This document shows, in pieces, positions 62,339 through 64,000 of a stretch of 64,000 bases of DNA. The DNA comes from Antedon mediterranea (lineage: Eukaryota; Animalia; Echinodermata), in assembly GCF_964355755.1 (NCBI RefSeq), contig NC_092677.1:4300101-4364100 (forward strand), given 5' to 3'. The position numbers were made by a program, and so were the translations under genes. The notes beneath the pieces were generated by a model that was given only the letters and a program-made list of their open reading frames with translations, had not been told where the DNA came from and made no database searches. Positions within the stretch are counted from its first letter, which is position 1. The number at the start of each line of letters is the position of its first letter.

Positions 62339-64000
62339 CACTGTAAAAAATATATGCTTAGTTTTCCCCTAAAAGTGGGTGCTACCAGGCTGCCACCAAT
62401 TAGTGGAGTAAACTCTGATTTCCCCCTTTGGGAAATGTTACCCAAAATTGGGAAAGTGAATGTTTCCTTGGCCAGGGAAAGCTAAGTTTACCCGGGTATT
62501 TCGGGTTACATTACCCAACTTTTAATGAAATGTTTTTTTACACCAGTTTTTGGTGGCAGCAAAGTAGCAACCAACTATTTTGGGTAATCTGGTTACACCA
62601 AAATGTCGGTTTAAGTTGGTTTTCCTCAAAAACAGAAACAAAATAGAAAAGTATATTTAAGAAATCACATGATTTTTTATTGATCAAAATTAAACATAAA
62701 TTTGCAGAGGTACCAAATTGATTCAAACAAAAATGTTTATTAAATATAGCCACCATGTACTATTCTATTCTAAAATATTATTTCAAAATCTTTTATTTTT
62801 AATGAAAATGTATTAGGCCTACTTGCATAAAAAAACACAGAAATTAACGTGGTCTGCATTAAAGTGAGCTGGCCATTTGTTTTTTTTTGTCTTGTGTGAG
62901 TTCTTCTCACGTTTATTTAAATTCTCATTGATGAATATATTATATACATATAAGTACATTTGTGACAATTAAAAGTAAGTGTTTAGAGAGTTAAAATACC
63001 GGTATATTTACATAATAAGATGCCAGAATTCATTATATTAACCATATATTTTCTCATTTAAAATTTTAGATACGATGTTAATTAAAATGTAGAAATGAAA
63101 AATGGCGGTAAAATACATGATTAAAATTGTCTTGTTAAACTATCTTATTTGTGATCTTATTTGTGTTCGAGTTTGTGTTCGAGTAGAGAGGCTATAAACT
63201 CAGGGGAGGAAAATGTAGTATCCTCCCTTTTCACCAAGATAAGATGGATGGTATGAAAAAAGAGGAATGCAGTAGGTTGAAAGTTAGTTATTTAGAATGA
63301 TAGCATGAAATGGTATATTTAATGGAAACCGTAAGGTTAGAGTCCATACACGATGCAAGTCCAAGATGCAATTTTGGCTCTGTGTGTATGTGAGACGCTT
63401 CATACCCGATGTCATCTTAGTACAACTACTACTTACAATTTGTATTTACGGTATAACATATTATAGTAGTATAGAAGTATATATATTGAACAAATACACA
63501 TACCTATAGATTAAATTGACATGTATACGATATAAAATAATGCAAATATAGAAAGATATATATGTTAAACAAATACCAATACATACAGATTATATTGACA
63601 TGCTACATGTATTTGAACTATTGTCATCTTAAAAAGGTATACTGTATGTGATGCTTATAAACAGATTTTACGTTGATATGCAGGATTTGTGTCCATTATG
63701 ATAAGGTAAGAAAGAAAAAGGAATCGATAAAATAATTAAATTATTAACATCAAGTCTTTAGATAGTTTTAATAATTTATCTTTTAGGTTATTCGTCCATT
63801 TCTTCTGAGCCTTATGTAAATTATTCATAAATTCATTTGTTAATAAATGCTTTAATTCATAGTAAAATAATCTCAAAATTATTTTTGATTCCTGATTTTG
63901 TTTCTTTTCTTTTCTTATTACTAAACACGATTTATAGATGCAAAAAGTAAATATTGAAATAAGTTCATTTACAGTTTTCGTTTCCGATCCTTTAACAATA
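62339..64000. mobile_element. Insertion in B2 intron 15 beginning CACTGTAAAAAA (CMC/EnSpm-like DNA element), running off the window
   Basis: Similarity to B1 (taatacagta|tagaat, ~37885) stops abruptly at 62338 and is replaced by cactgtaaaaaa.... The other end is not visible. Confidence 0.55.

Overview
AT-rich, intron-containing animal genomic DNA, most likely an invertebrate deuterostome such as an echinoderm (inferred from gene content, SINE type and TAGGCCTA-rich introns). It is not prokaryotic. Left part: a 12-exon CNBD1-like gene (- strand, 1786-11338), an intronless class A GPCR (14993-15838, -) and a 7-exon CCDC113/CFAP263 gene (16643-20253, +), with many MITEs, SINEs and minisatellites in introns and spacers. 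Right two-thirds: a tandem array of four copies (A1, B1, A2, B2) of an 18-exon DEG/ENaC/ASIC-family channel gene. Its extracellular finger region carries seven LDL-receptor class A (LDLa) modules on six symmetric phase-1 exons. The array arose from an older A/B duplication plus a recent ~20.9 kb tandem duplication (junction at 40497/40498). Only A2 (42383-50016, ~827 aa) is intact. A1 has a single TGA in a skippable exon. B1 has a nonsense codon, an exonic SINE and a lost acceptor. B2 has frameshifts, a young LINE in exon 10 and a CACTG-ended insertion running off the window. The most interesting system is the LDLa-bearing ENaC-type channel cluster, a candidate protein-ligand- or Ca2+-modulated channel family under birth-and-death evolution. 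Gene models were built by hand from splice signals and phase consistency; no database searches were run.
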